The translations under genes were made by a program, and so were the position numbers. Positions 21,208 through 31,399 of a DNA stretch of 64,000 nucleotides are shown one piece after another. This stretch comes from an uncultured Planctomycetota bacterium. GTDB taxonomy: Bacteria; Planctomycetota; Planctomycetia; Isosphaerales; Isosphaeraceae. The stretch spans positions 2,080,001 through 2,144,000 of the forward strand of contig CAWGMQ010000004.1 in NCBI GenBank assembly GCA_963823665.1, read 5' to 3'. The number at the start of each line of letters is the position of its first letter. The stretch's first letter is position 1. The notes under the pieces were generated by a model. That model saw only the letters and a program-made list of their open reading frames with translations. It was not told the DNA's origin and did not search any database.

Positions 21208-21642
21208 TTACGGTGCATTCTTCGATCGCTCGCCGGAGACCGTGACGGTGATGCGCCTGCGGTGCGGGCTGGTGCGGTGTTCCCAGAGAAAGACGCCTTG
21301 CCAGGTTCCGAGATCGCAATGGCTCTGGTCGACGGGGATGGTCAGCGACGTGAGCGTGAGGATCGACCGGATATGCGCCGGCATATCGTCGGGGCCTTCG
21401 CTGTCGTGCCGGTATGAGGGATCGCCGTCGGGCACCAGTTTCGCGGCGAAGTGTTCCAGGTCGCGGCGGACGGTTGGATCGGCGTTCTCACAGACAATGA
21501 GGGACGCGCTGGTGTGATGGACGAACAGATGGCAGAGCCCGAGCTCGATCTTCGAGCGCTCGACGATCTGGTGGATCTGCCGCGTGAGCTCGTACGTTCC
21601 GCGGCCGCGGGTTTCGATCGCAAGCTGTTCTCGATGGATCAT
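21208..21642 (-). CDS. yjbQ: YjbQ (UPF0047) family protein
   Basis: HHTSASL, ENADPTV, HDSEGPDDMPAH, LGTWQGVFLWEHR. Confidence 0.93.
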   Translation of the reverse strand: MIHREQLAIETRGRGTYELTRQIHQIVERSKIELGLCHLFVHHTSASLIVCENADPTVRRDLEHFAAKLVPDGDPSYRHDSEGPDDMPAHIRSILTLTSLTIPVDQSHCDLGTWQGVFLWEHRTSPHRRRITVTVSGERSKNAP

Positions 21643-21802
21643 CGCGTTCGTCGTTTCTCGCCAATCCGAGCCGATCTGAGCCGAGCGGAAGACCGCCCGA
21701 ACCTCTTCCCGGCAATACTAGCCCCAACCGAACATAAGGCTCATTATCAGACGTTGGCGTAAAATGCGAAAGCGGGTGCCCTGTGGTGCTTGGCAGCCGA
21801 AC

Positions 21803-22288
21803 TCAAGATCCCGGCTGATGCACGCAGACCAAGGCCGCGATCACGCCGGCGGCGATCACGTGAAACAGGACGATCAGCGTTCCCACGCCGTAGATCGTTT
21901 GCATGCCTTCGTCGGGCCGTTTCCGGGTGCGAAGAATCTGCATCGCGATCACCGAGCAGATCCAGTTCCAGTGCATCATCACGTGTAGCACGACTCCCAG
22001 CGCGAGCGAGCACAGAATCACGAACTGCACATCGCGCCACTGGTCGTAGCTCAAACCCCACAGAATCCATCCATCCGCTGCGGTCGGCGCGGGAAATACG
22101 ATCTGCAGCGTCGCCGATATCCAGCCCAGCGTGCACAGCATGATCAGTAACGAGGCATCGAGCCAGAAATTGATGACGGAGACGGACAGCCGGCGGCGGG
22201 GCTTTCCCTCCTTCGCGGCATCAATGCTCTCACCCGCTTGCAGGGAAGACGCGGCACCCAGATCAGAATCGCTCGCTGTGGATTTCAT
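21803..22288 (-). CDS. DUF4405-like membrane protein
   Basis: NFWLD, LSYDQWRDV, LHVMMHWNWI; three TM segments; divergent from the oxidase operon. Confidence 0.7.
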   Translation of the reverse strand: MKSTASDSDLGAASSLQAGESIDAAKEGKPRRRLSVSVINFWLDASLLIMLCTLGWISATLQIVFPAPTAADGWILWGLSYDQWRDVQFVILCSLALGVVLHVMMHWNWICSVIAMQILRTRKRPDEGMQTIYGVGTLIVLFHVIAAGVIAALVCVHQPGS

Positions 22289-22410
22289 GAGCTATCTCGA
22301 TGGACCCTTGCATTTGACGAGATGTCTCGATAACTTTCCAGCTTATCCGGTCTCGAAAGCATCGCCGCACTAATTTCCCCAACAATAATTTGTGTTCCTT
22401 TGTACACAGG

Positions 22411-23529
22411 ATGCCACCCGTGCACGGTCGGTTCTTGTTTCTTGCATTGGTTTTGACAACCGCGGCCGTCGGATGTGCTCGGCAACCCGAGCTTCCCTAC
22501 GTCGACAGCAAGGAGGTTCAGAAGCTCAAACCCGAAATGAAAGAGAAGGTTCATGCGTTTCTCGCCCGGTATTGTGGTACGCCACAGGCGCCCAAGCTGC
22601 TCGGGAATGACCAGGTTTCTCCGGCCCATCTGAAACGTGGCGCAGAAGTCTATTCACGCTATTGCATCCAGTGCCACGGCAACACGGGCGACGGGAACGG
22701 GGTCGCGGCGGCCTACATGGTTCCCAAGCCGCGAGATTACCGGCCCGGCATCTTCAAGTTCACGTCCACGATCTACGGAGCCAAGCCGCTTCGAGAAGAC
22801 TTGCTCCGGACTGTGAGGCGAGGAATCCGCGGAACTTCGATGCCGTCGTTCAGCTTGCTGCAGCCGGATGACCAGGAAGCCGTCATCGACTACGTTTTGA
22901 CGCTCACTCATCGCGGCGAGCTCGAAGCGCAGTTGGCGGAAGAGGCTGTCTTCAATGAAGCCATCGAACAGGCGCGAGTTCCCGAAATGGTCACAGCCAT
23001 TCTTACTCGCTGGAATCAGGCGAAGGGCCAGGTTGTCTACCCGTCGTCGCCCATGCCTGAATTCACAGCAGCCGTCATCGACAAGGGGAAGAAAGCATTC
23101 TTGACGGTTGGCTGCGCCCAATGTCACGGCGAAGATGGACGTGGTCAGCTTTTGACCAATAAAGCGATGAACGACTCGTGGGGCAACTTCACCAAGGCCG
23201 CTGATTTGACCTCCGGAATGTTGCACGGCGGGACACAGCCGCTGGACATTTTTCGACATGTCGACGCGGGCATCAACGGAACCCCGATGCCGTCGTTCCA
23301 CTCGGCGCTTCAGAAGGAACCCGAAACGATCTGGAATCTCGTCGGATATGTGCTCGAGATCGCCGACAGCCGGCGAAAGGGAAGAATCTTCGATTCCGGG
23401 CTGCTTGAAGACGGCATCTTGCAGCCGCTGCCTGGCGTGAAACCGGCCGCGGCCGCGAAGATTCCGAACGTTTCAATCAAAGATCGCCAGTCGTCGGACA
23501 AAACACGAGAAACACTGACGCAACGGTAG
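22411..23529 (+). CDS. Di-heme cytochrome c, probable lipoprotein
   Basis: Two CxxCH motifs (CIQCH, CAQCH), PKPRDY, GTSMPSF/GTPMPSF and an AAVG-C lipobox. Confidence 0.9.
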   Translation: MPPVHGRFLFLALVLTTAAVGCARQPELPYVDSKEVQKLKPEMKEKVHAFLARYCGTPQAPKLLGNDQVSPAHLKRGAEVYSRYCIQCHGNTGDGNGVAAAYMVPKPRDYRPGIFKFTSTIYGAKPLREDLLRTVRRGIRGTSMPSFSLLQPDDQEAVIDYVLTLTHRGELEAQLAEEAVFNEAIEQARVPEMVTAILTRWNQAKGQVVYPSSPMPEFTAAVIDKGKKAFLTVGCAQCHGEDGRGQLLTNKAMNDSWGNFTKAADLTSGMLHGGTQPLDIFRHVDAGINGTPMPSFHSALQKEPETIWNLVGYVLEIADSRRKGRIFDSGLLEDGILQPLPGVKPAAAAKIPNVSIKDRQSSDKTRETLTQR

Positions 23530-23562
23530 ATGGACGTCAGGCTGAAAGCCTGACCTACTTTA

Positions 23563-24255
23563 ATGGACAGCGAGGCCAAACAACGGGAGCTGGAACGACT
23601 TCGGTCTCAGGCGCAGCAGCTTGAGGCTGAAATCACCAAGGAGCAAGCCGAAAAGGGCTGGCGGCCGTCCGGGTACTACACTGCTTATTACGCCACGGCC
23701 GGCTTCGTGCTTGGAATCTTTGGCGCGATGACGAGCCTGCTGTTCAACGTGATCGGCGCCCCGGTCGCCGGCAAGACACCGCTCGAGCTGATCCGGGTTT
23801 ACTTGACCTTTCCTCTCGGCGAACGCGCTCTCGAGTTAAGTAGCGCCGGCCCAGGAGGCTACGCCGTCGGCGATGGAGTCATCCTGGCGATTGGCTGCTG
23901 TTTGTACCTGGGGACCGGGATGCTGCTGGGAATTCCGGTCTACCTGGCGCTCACCTGGTTTGCCGCCAAGGGGGGCCTGATCGTACGGCTTGTGGTGGCG
24001 AGTGTTGTCTCCCTGGCGATCTGGGCATTCAACTTTTATGCGGTGTTGTCGTGGTTACAGCCGCTCCTGGTCGGCGGTGACCCTGGCAACTGGATCACCA
24101 ATCCCAGGTTTCTTCCATGGTGGGTCGCCGCGGGGACGCACCTGGTTTTTGGCTGGACAATCGCTTTGCTTTACTCCTGGGGTGCTTACACTCCTTATCG
24201 AATGGCAAAAGAGAGAGGAACCGACTTTGGAGAAGGAACTGCCACGCCACGATGA
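23563..24255 (+). CDS. Membrane protein in the oxidase operon
   Basis: Four hydrophobic segments, HLVFGW; overlaps the ccoN start. Confidence 0.7.
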   Translation: MDSEAKQRELERLRSQAQQLEAEITKEQAEKGWRPSGYYTAYYATAGFVLGIFGAMTSLLFNVIGAPVAGKTPLELIRVYLTFPLGERALELSSAGPGGYAVGDGVILAIGCCLYLGTGMLLGIPVYLALTWFAAKGGLIVRLVVASVVSLAIWAFNFYAVLSWLQPLLVGGDPGNWITNPRFLPWWVAAGTHLVFGWTIALLYSWGAYTPYRMAKERGTDFGEGTATPR

Positions 24256-25609
24256 GCTGGTCGATGAACGACTCGTTCTGTGGTACTTCGTCGCTGCTCT
24301 CACCTTCATGTTCGCCTCCATGCTGGGCGGAATGTTGATGGGTTTGCAGCTCTCGCGCATGAATCCGTTCAAGGGAGTCGAATTGCTGTCGCCCGGACGA
24401 TGGCGCATGATCCATACGAATGCAATCGCCTATGGGTTCCTGGCGAATGCATTCCTGGGCGTCTTGCACTGGGCTGTTCCTCGGCTCACCTTGAAGCCCG
24501 TATTCCGCTCCTGGCTGTCGTACGCGATCTTCTTCGCGTGGCAGTTTGTCGTGGTTGCGACAGCCGTGGGAATTCTCCTGGGAGAAGCGCAGGGGCTCGA
24601 ATGGGGCGAGACTCCTGTGTGGATCGACCCGATTGCACTCTTCGGACTTTTCCTCGTCGCGGTTAACTTTGTGGCTCCCATTGCACGGACGTCGGGGCCG
24701 CTTTACGTGTCGCTCTGGTATTTCCTGGCCGCGTTCGTCTGGACATTCCTGACCTATGCGATGGGCAACTTCATTCCGGAATACTTTGTGGCGGGAACAA
24801 GCGCCGGGGCGGTCGGCGGGCTTTTCATTCACGACCTGGTCGGCTTGTTTGTGACTCCGCTGGGCTGGGGCATGGTGTACTACTTCGTGCCGATCATGCT
24901 CAAGAAGCCGATCTGGAGCCATGGGCTGTCGCTGGTCGGCTTCTGGGGCCTGGCGTTCTTCTACCCTTTGACCGGCATCCACCACTTCCTCTACACGCCG
25001 ATTCCGATGTTCTTGCAGTATGGTGCCGTCATCTCGACGATCGCGGTCGAGCTGGTGGTCACAACGGTGATCATCAATTTCTTCGCGACGATTCGCGGAT
25101 CGACGGGCGCTCTGACGACCAATCTGCCGATTCGCTGGCTCTACACGGGCATGGTGTTCTACTTCCTGACCTGCTTGCAGTGCTCGTTCCAGACGACGCT
25201 CACGTTCCAGGCGCTGATTCACTTCACCGACTGGGTGGTGGGCCACGCCCACATGGTGATGTTCGGCGTCTTTGCGATGTGGCTGCTGGGCGTGATGACG
25301 TACCTGATTCCTCGATTGCTCAAGACACCATGGTACAGCCAGCAGCTCCTCGAGTGGCATTACTGGCTCTCGACGATCGGCATCCTGGTGATGTCGTTCG
25401 ACCTGATCGTTCTGGGAGTTTTCCAGGGGCTGTCTTGGTCGTCGCTGTTGCCCTGGGATGCCTCGCTTGATCTCTCGTTCCCCTTCTGGGCCGTGCGCCT
25501 GGTGGCGGGGCTGCTCATGTTCCTGGGGTTACTCGTCTTCGCGTTCAACATCGCGAGAACCGTGTCTTTAGCCAGGGTTGCGCGACGTCAGCTCGTCGTT
25601 GCCGGGTAA
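24227..25609 (+). CDS. ccoN: cbb3-type (C-family) heme-copper oxidase subunit I
   Basis: His ligands RMIHTN, FIHDLVG, GIHH and GHAH; helix VII Tyr in FFYPLTGIHH. TTG start with AGAGGA RBS. Confidence 0.9.
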   Translation: MEKELPRHDELVDERLVLWYFVAALTFMFASMLGGMLMGLQLSRMNPFKGVELLSPGRWRMIHTNAIAYGFLANAFLGVLHWAVPRLTLKPVFRSWLSYAIFFAWQFVVVATAVGILLGEAQGLEWGETPVWIDPIALFGLFLVAVNFVAPIARTSGPLYVSLWYFLAAFVWTFLTYAMGNFIPEYFVAGTSAGAVGGLFIHDLVGLFVTPLGWGMVYYFVPIMLKKPIWSHGLSLVGFWGLAFFYPLTGIHHFLYTPIPMFLQYGAVISTIAVELVVTTVIINFFATIRGSTGALTTNLPIRWLYTGMVFYFLTCLQCSFQTTLTFQALIHFTDWVVGHAHMVMFGVFAMWLLGVMTYLIPRLLKTPWYSQQLLEWHYWLSTIGILVMSFDLIVLGVFQGLSWSSLLPWDASLDLSFPFWAVRLVAGLLMFLGLLVFAFNIARTVSLARVARRQLVVAG

Positions 25610-25624
25610 AGGTGAATTCCAAAC

Positions 25625-26332
25625 ATGCTTGAAACCAAAACGGGGGTTTTCTTCATCGCCGGCCTCGGTTTCTTCGCGGTGGCGTTTCTCTCGAACGCGG
25701 TCCTGCCGATCATGATGTACCGTCACCTGCCCGAGCAGAGCGTCGAGCAGATGCTCGAGCACAACGGGAACCTGCGCTACCAGTTCGAAGACCTGGCACG
25801 TCGGTTTCCCGATAGTTTCACCGCGGCCTATGGCCGGCCGCCCCAGGAAACGGCCGCGCGTGAGAAATGGTTGAACGAAAGTTGTGTCAAGGCTCTCAGA
25901 TACGGCCGCAAGATCTACGTCGGCGAGGGCTGCTGGCATTGCCACAGCCAGTTCGTGCGCCCGGTTTCCAATGAAGGGCGGCGCTGGGGGCCGGTCTCGA
26001 AGACGGAGGAATATCAGAACGAGCTGCAACGGCCGGTGATGTTCGGAACCAGGCGGGTCGGGCCCGACTTGAGCCGCGAGGGAGGCCGGCGATCGAATGA
26101 CTGGCACGCCGTGCATTTCTTTCAGCCTGGCATGCTCTCGGAGAAATCGCCGATGCCCGAATACCCCTGGTTCTTCGATGGATCACCCCAGAAACCCAAC
26201 GAACGAGGCCTCGCGCTCATCACTTACGTTCAGTGGCTGGGTTCGTGGCTGGAAAGCTATCCGTACTACGAAGATTACGAGCGATCGCCCGTCGCGACGA
26301 CCGAAGCTTCGCAGAAGGGGGAGACTCCATGA
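25625..26332 (+). CDS. ccoO: cbb3-type oxidase subunit II
   Basis: EGCWHCHSQFVRP, GTRRVGPDLSREG, SPMPEY. Confidence 0.92.
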   Translation: MLETKTGVFFIAGLGFFAVAFLSNAVLPIMMYRHLPEQSVEQMLEHNGNLRYQFEDLARRFPDSFTAAYGRPPQETAAREKWLNESCVKALRYGRKIYVGEGCWHCHSQFVRPVSNEGRRWGPVSKTEEYQNELQRPVMFGTRRVGPDLSREGGRRSNDWHAVHFFQPGMLSEKSPMPEYPWFFDGSPQKPNERGLALITYVQWLGSWLESYPYYEDYERSPVATTEASQKGETP

Positions 26333-26658
26333 GCGAGAAGCCGAACCGCCGCGGATCGACCCGTCGATCGCAGGTCATCACCACGATCGTCTTCGCACTC
26401 GCGATCCTGATTCCCAGCTTCGTCGGTTTCGCCAATAAGTTCCGAGAGTTCATCCTGATCTTTCGGGGCGATGTTGACGGTGTCTTCGCCATCACGCCGA
26501 TCGTGAATTACCTGCTGGCGAGCCTGGGGTTCTTTTTTCTGTTCTGCTGGGCGATCGGCCACGGGATGTTTCGCGACATCGAGCGTCCCAAGTACACAAT
26601 GCTCGACAACGAGCGGAAGCTCGACCTGGCCGACGGCGAAGACATGGGGTGGTATTGA
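26329..26658 (+). CDS. CcoS-like maturation protein with N-terminal extension
   Basis: C-terminal WAIGHGMFRDIERPKYTML resembles CcoS (WAxxxGQFDDxExP). Confidence 0.6.
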   Translation: MSEKPNRRGSTRRSQVITTIVFALAILIPSFVGFANKFREFILIFRGDVDGVFAITPIVNYLLASLGFFFLFCWAIGHGMFRDIERPKYTMLDNERKLDLADGEDMGWY

Positions 26659-26720
26659 CCAACAGAACTGCGTGGGGCCAGGGTCCTGATGCGACACAAC
26701 GGGAGGCGAATCGACCGGTC

Positions 26721-26900
26721 ATGGCCGAAGTCGTTGAGAACAAGACTGCCGAAGAAGAGAGCACGTTTCATAGCTACACCGGTAATGCAATACCTTGGTT
26801 CGTTCGCGCGATCTGGATCATTTTCTGGTGCGGCGCGATCGCCTACGTGGTGACCTGGCTGCTGCCGGCGCTCCAGTCCGAGCTACTCAAACCGCCATGA
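26721..26900 (+). CDS. Small single-TM protein (CcoP N-terminal/CcoQ-like)
   Basis: YTGNAIPWFVRAIWIIFW resembles the NPxPxWW membrane segment of CcoP. Stop overlaps the ATPase start. Confidence 0.55.
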   Translation: MAEVVENKTAEEESTFHSYTGNAIPWFVRAIWIIFWCGAIAYVVTWLLPALQSELLKPP

Positions 26901-29158
26901 CCAGCCCCCTGCCCCGCCAGCAGATCTGCGATTACTGCATGCTTCCGCTGCGCTACTCCTGGCGGCGACGCGATCCTCTTGCAAACACGGCCCCTAGCCC
27001 GCTTTACTGCTGCCTGGGATGCCGCGTTGCAGCGGCGATCGTCGAGGAAAAAGGTGAGCATGGTGTGCCCAGAACCATGCTCATGCGCCTGGGGCTTTCG
27101 ATCTTTTTCACGATGAACGTCATGGCGTTCACGATGGCGCTGTGGACCACGGATGTGTACGGCCGGGCCGATCTGCCCGGTCAGCTTTCGGCGGGCCTCT
27201 ACGGACTTTTCCGTTATCTTGTGCTGCTCTTCTCGCTTCCGGTCTTCCTGCTTCTCGGTCTGCCGCTTTTCGAGCATGCGTGGAGCAACCTGCGCCGCGG
27301 TGTTTTCTCGACTGACTGGCTGCTGGCCTCGGGCGTCGCGGCGGCATTTACGTTCTCGTTCCTGTCAGTCCTCTCGGGGCGCGGCGCAATTTACTTCGAA
27401 GTCGGCTGCTTCATCCTGGTGATGACGACGCTGGGCCGGTGGCTCGAGGCAACAGGCAAGCTCAAGGCAAACGCGGCGCTCGATGCAATCGCCAGGCTGC
27501 TGCCGCCACAAGTTCGACTCATCAGGAACGGCGTCGAGGAGCCGATTCCGCTGGAACAGGTTCAGATCGGTGATCTTCTCCGCGTGTTGCCCGGCGAGCG
27601 CTTTCCCGCCGATGGCTCCCTTGTCGGTCAGAGAGGTTTCGTCGATGAGCAAGTGCTTACCGGCGAGAGCCGGCCTGTTCTCAAGGAACCCGGTGATCAC
27701 ATCCTGGGAGGTGCGCTCAACCTCGACGGCGATGTCAGGCTAAGCGTGAGGGAAACGCCTGGAAAAGGAACTCTTGCACGCATCCTGGAGCTGGTTCGCC
27801 AGGCGCGAGAATCCAAAGGGCGTTATCAGCGGCTTGCCGATCACGTTGCGAGCTGGTTTGTTCCGATCGTCGCCGTCGTTGTCATCGTTACATTCGGCGC
27901 CCACTGGGCGCTTGGTTCTCTGGAGCGCGGCTTCTGGTCGGCTCTGACCGTTGCCCTGATTGCCTGTCCGTGCGCGCTGGGACTGGCTGCACCACTGGCA
28001 ATCTGGAGTGCCCTTGCCAATGCGGCCGGGCACGGAGTCTTGTTCCGCGGCGGAGAGGCGCTCGAGCGGTTGGCTGAGATCACCGCAATTCGATTCGACA
28101 AAACTGGAACGCTCACGACCGGCTCAGCCGCCGTCTCTCATTTTGTCGAGGAGAGCCTTGATTCTCCCGACACGATACTGGCCAGGGCGGCCGCTCTCGC
28201 GTCCGTTTCGATTCATTCGATGTCGGCCGCCATCGGCGAGTTCGCTGCATCGCACTCGCTCGCGATGAGCGGCGAAGTCTCGGACATTCGTGTCCAGCCG
28301 GGCCTGGGTGTGAGCGGGATACTCTCCCCTGCCGGCGTGCCGATCGTGCTGGGTAGCCGGCGATTCATACTCGAGCAGAAACTCACGATCGGACCGCTGC
28401 TCGCGACCGAAATCGAAGACGCCGAGTCGCGGGGACTGCCGATCGTCTTGATCGGCTGGGGCGCTCGGGCCCGCGGTCTCTTTGTCTTTGAGGAAGAGTG
28501 GCGCCCCGGGGCGGTTGCCGTTCTCCGGCAGCTCGCGCTGGAAAAACTCGATGTAGGGGTGTTGACTGGAGACCATGCCGGGCGAGCACGGGCTATCGAG
28601 AAGCAGCTCGGTGTGAAAGTAGAAGGCGAGCTTCTGCCCGCGCAGAAGGTTGCGGCCATCGAGCAGGCCAAGAAGGCGATTGGCCCGGTATGCATGGTCG
28701 GCGACGGCATCAACGATTCGCCGGCGCTTGCTACAAGCGATGTCGGCATCGCACTGGGCTGTGGCACCGACGTTTCGCGAGACGCGGCTTCAGTGTGTCT
28801 GATCGGCGACGATTTGAGCCGGATTCCCTGGTGCATCGAGCTGGCCCGGCGCACGCGACGTGTTATTCGATGGAACCTGCTCTGGGCGTTCGGGTACAAC
28901 AGCGTGGGGGTTGTCTGCGCAGCCTGCGGCATCCTCAACCCGGCGCTTGCTGCATTCTTGATGGTGGCCAGCAGCGCCCTGGTGACCATCAACTCGCTAC
29001 GGCTGGGTCGTTCGTTTGAGGTCGAGCTGCCTGAGCGGGGTAACGCGCCCGCGCTACGACATGATCTCGCAGATTCAGAGACGCCGATCTGGACCGACCA
29101 GCCGATCGGATGTCAATCCCCGGCGGAGCAGCTCCCAGCCCTGGAGATCGCGCAGTAA
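26897..29158 (+). CDS. ccoI: P1B-type heavy-metal (Cu) ATPase, CcoI-like
   Basis: N-terminal CxxC and YCCLGC, TGES, ACPC, FDKTGTLT, GDGIND, YN...P...M motifs. Confidence 0.9.
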   Translation: MTSPLPRQQICDYCMLPLRYSWRRRDPLANTAPSPLYCCLGCRVAAAIVEEKGEHGVPRTMLMRLGLSIFFTMNVMAFTMALWTTDVYGRADLPGQLSAGLYGLFRYLVLLFSLPVFLLLGLPLFEHAWSNLRRGVFSTDWLLASGVAAAFTFSFLSVLSGRGAIYFEVGCFILVMTTLGRWLEATGKLKANAALDAIARLLPPQVRLIRNGVEEPIPLEQVQIGDLLRVLPGERFPADGSLVGQRGFVDEQVLTGESRPVLKEPGDHILGGALNLDGDVRLSVRETPGKGTLARILELVRQARESKGRYQRLADHVASWFVPIVAVVVIVTFGAHWALGSLERGFWSALTVALIACPCALGLAAPLAIWSALANAAGHGVLFRGGEALERLAEITAIRFDKTGTLTTGSAAVSHFVEESLDSPDTILARAAALASVSIHSMSAAIGEFAASHSLAMSGEVSDIRVQPGLGVSGILSPAGVPIVLGSRRFILEQKLTIGPLLATEIEDAESRGLPIVLIGWGARARGLFVFEEEWRPGAVAVLRQLALEKLDVGVLTGDHAGRARAIEKQLGVKVEGELLPAQKVAAIEQAKKAIGPVCMVGDGINDSPALATSDVGIALGCGTDVSRDAASVCLIGDDLSRIPWCIELARRTRRVIRWNLLWAFGYNSVGVVCAACGILNPALAAFLMVASSALVTINSLRLGRSFEVELPERGNAPALRHDLADSETPIWTDQPIGCQSPAEQLPALEIAQ

Positions 29159-29877
29159 TGATCGAGCTGCCGCTGGTTTTTCTTGGTGGTTTGCTCGGCT
29201 CGGCGCATTGCGTGGGCATGTGCGGGGGCTTTGCCGTGAGCATCGGGCTGGGCGCGCGCAGTTTGACTGCCAACCTTTGGCGGCAAGTGATTTACACCGC
29301 GGGGCGAATCTTCACGTACTCATTCTTCGGCGTTGTCGCCGGGTATACAGGCTTCTGGCTCGCAGGTCGAGCGAGTCTGTGGATCAATGCGCAGGCAACT
29401 CTCTCGCTGGTTGCGGGCGCGCTGCTGGCAGGGCAAGGGCTCCTGGCTCTCGGAGTCGTGCCACGCCGGTTGTGGCCTGGCTCCTCAGGAGGGGGAGTGC
29501 CGTGCCTGGCCGGGACGTTCGTCGGGCCGTTCCTTACCTCGCCGCGGCTGGCGAATGTACTTCTTGCGGGCGTGCTCACCGGTTTCCTGCCGTGTGGGCT
29601 GGTCTACGGCTACCTCGCCCTGGCAAGTAGCTCGGCCAACATCCGCGACGGGTTGCTCACGATGTGCCTCTTCGGCGCGGGGACCGGGCCGCTCATGATC
29701 CTCGCCGGCACTGGCGCCTCCCTGTTGTCGCATGGCGCACGGCGAAACCTGCTGCGAGTTTCGGCCGTGTGCGTTGCCCTCACCGGGTTGATCTCGATCG
29801 TTCGCGGAATTCTGTTCATCCAGCTCACGCCGGCGCCCGAAGCCGTTCGCTGCCTGTTCTGCGGTCCGTCGAGCTGA
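29158..29877 (+). CDS. DsbD_2/TauE-SafE family membrane protein
   Basis: HCVGMCGG, GRIFTY, GFLPCGLVY. Confidence 0.88.
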   Translation: MIELPLVFLGGLLGSAHCVGMCGGFAVSIGLGARSLTANLWRQVIYTAGRIFTYSFFGVVAGYTGFWLAGRASLWINAQATLSLVAGALLAGQGLLALGVVPRRLWPGSSGGGVPCLAGTFVGPFLTSPRLANVLLAGVLTGFLPCGLVYGYLALASSSANIRDGLLTMCLFGAGTGPLMILAGTGASLLSHGARRNLLRVSAVCVALTGLISIVRGILFIQLTPAPEAVRCLFCGPSS

Positions 29878-29939
29878 GACCGAAGCCCGGTCGCGGCGAC
29901 GGCTCGAGCGTCATCGGGTATCTTTCAGGCAGCAGAGAA

Positions 29940-30365
29940 TCCTGGTTGCCACTCGTTCTCGAAGGAGTCGATTTTGAGCTGCCTGCGGGCACTTTCTTCG
30001 ACTGCGCGCCGATTCACCTGATCACAACCGCGACGCTCGAGCGTCTGGCTGCAATCGCCCCGAACCCCCGCTTTGACGTCGCACGCTTTCGCCCGAATTT
30101 CGTGATCGACTGCCCCGATTCACCGGCAGGATTCATCGAGAACGACTGGGTCGGTCGAACTCTTTCGATCGGGGACGAGGTTCGTATGCACGTTATCCGT
30201 CCGGCGGCGCGTTGCGTCATGACCACGCTGAGGCAGGGAGATCTTCCCAAAGACCCCGATGTTCTTCGCACGCTCGTACAGAACAATCAAGGGAATGTGG
30301 GCGTTTACGCAACGGTGGCGCTCGGTAAAACGGTGCGGCGAGGAGATGGGGTTATGGTGACGTGA
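29940..30365 (+). pseudogene. MOSC domain, N-terminally truncated
   Basis: FFDCAPIHLITTATL, RFRPNFVI, ENDWVG, RCVMTT, GVYATV; no start or MOSC_N region. Confidence 0.7.
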
Positions 30366-30374
30366 ATCGTGCGG

Positions 30375-30835
30375 TCACGGCGTGATCGCGTTCCAGTGCC
30401 GAGCGTCGAGATGATAACGAGAAATGTGCTTTGCGTTGTACGTTGCCATGGTCAGCGAATCGTTCAGCCCAGCGAAATTCTGAGCTTGCGCGGCCAAGAT
30501 CACGTCGGCGTCGATCTCTTTGTCATCTGCCGTAGCGAATCCCTTTTTCCGAGCCTCGGCCCACAGATCGGCCGCCTGTCGCATGGCGGCTGTCGAAATC
30601 GGTATATAATGTCCGAGCTGCTCGCGTAGCTTATCGAGTCGCTCGACGCCGTCGGTTGCCCCTCCCAAAATTAATCCGCGACGAACTTCATAGTCAGCGA
30701 TCTCAGGTATGGCCACGATCGCCCATTCGCCTTGGCTTGAATATGCCAGAGAGTCAGGCGTTTCACATCCGGACTGTTTTGTCGCCGGCAGGCATCGCCC
30801 AGCGGTCCGGAATCCAGAACGATGATCCGCGCCAT
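30375..30835 (-). CDS. PIN-domain (VapC-like) protein, one frameshift in a G run near 30723
   Basis: Manual translation MARIIVLDSGPLG... joins PEIADYEVRR...AADLWAEAR...DADVILAAQA. Confidence 0.8.
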
Positions 30836-30837
30836 CC

Positions 30838-31227
30838 TCAGTGCCTTTGTTTGATAGCAGCCACCGCCTCGTCAGTGGCTCCAGGGCGCTCGCGGTCGGG
30901 AACATCCACGACCGCCAACACGGCTGGTAGATTCTTCACGAAGCGGGTCCAACTCGGCCTTGAGTAAACCCCGCCAAAATGCTTGCCGGTCGGTTGAAAT
31001 TCTGCCGTGTCAATATCTTCGCTATATTTGAACAATTTATAGTTTAGCGGATTTGAAATCGACGCGCATAGGACCTGTTCCGGCTGTTTTTCGCCTTCGG
31101 GCCAGGTGTCGTAATTCGAAGGCACATCAAGCCCAACGCCCTCCTGAACTTGCCAGCCCTCTCCCTGTGGTTGGTCTGATACGAAGAAAATAGCAACGAG
31201 TGGTTCAATCGTCACGGCGTACATCAT
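30838..31227 (-). CDS. Hypothetical protein upstream of the PIN gene
   Basis: GAGGAG RBS; lower GC than the flanks. Confidence 0.5.
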   Translation of the reverse strand: MMYAVTIEPLVAIFFVSDQPQGEGWQVQEGVGLDVPSNYDTWPEGEKQPEQVLCASISNPLNYKLFKYSEDIDTAEFQPTGKHFGGVYSRPSWTRFVKNLPAVLAVVDVPDRERPGATDEAVAAIKQRH

Positions 31228-31399
31228 GATTCGGACTCCTCGTGGCAAATACTATCGACATCTGATCGTCGACGCTCGATTCTAGCATTTGTCCACCGAG
31301 CCGGTCATTGGCTCTTGCGGATTGCTGTGGTTTGCGTCAGGTTTAGATCGAAGTGCTGTCGTCGAGTCTCAGTTCCGGCCAAGGTCAGATTGTTTAGCT

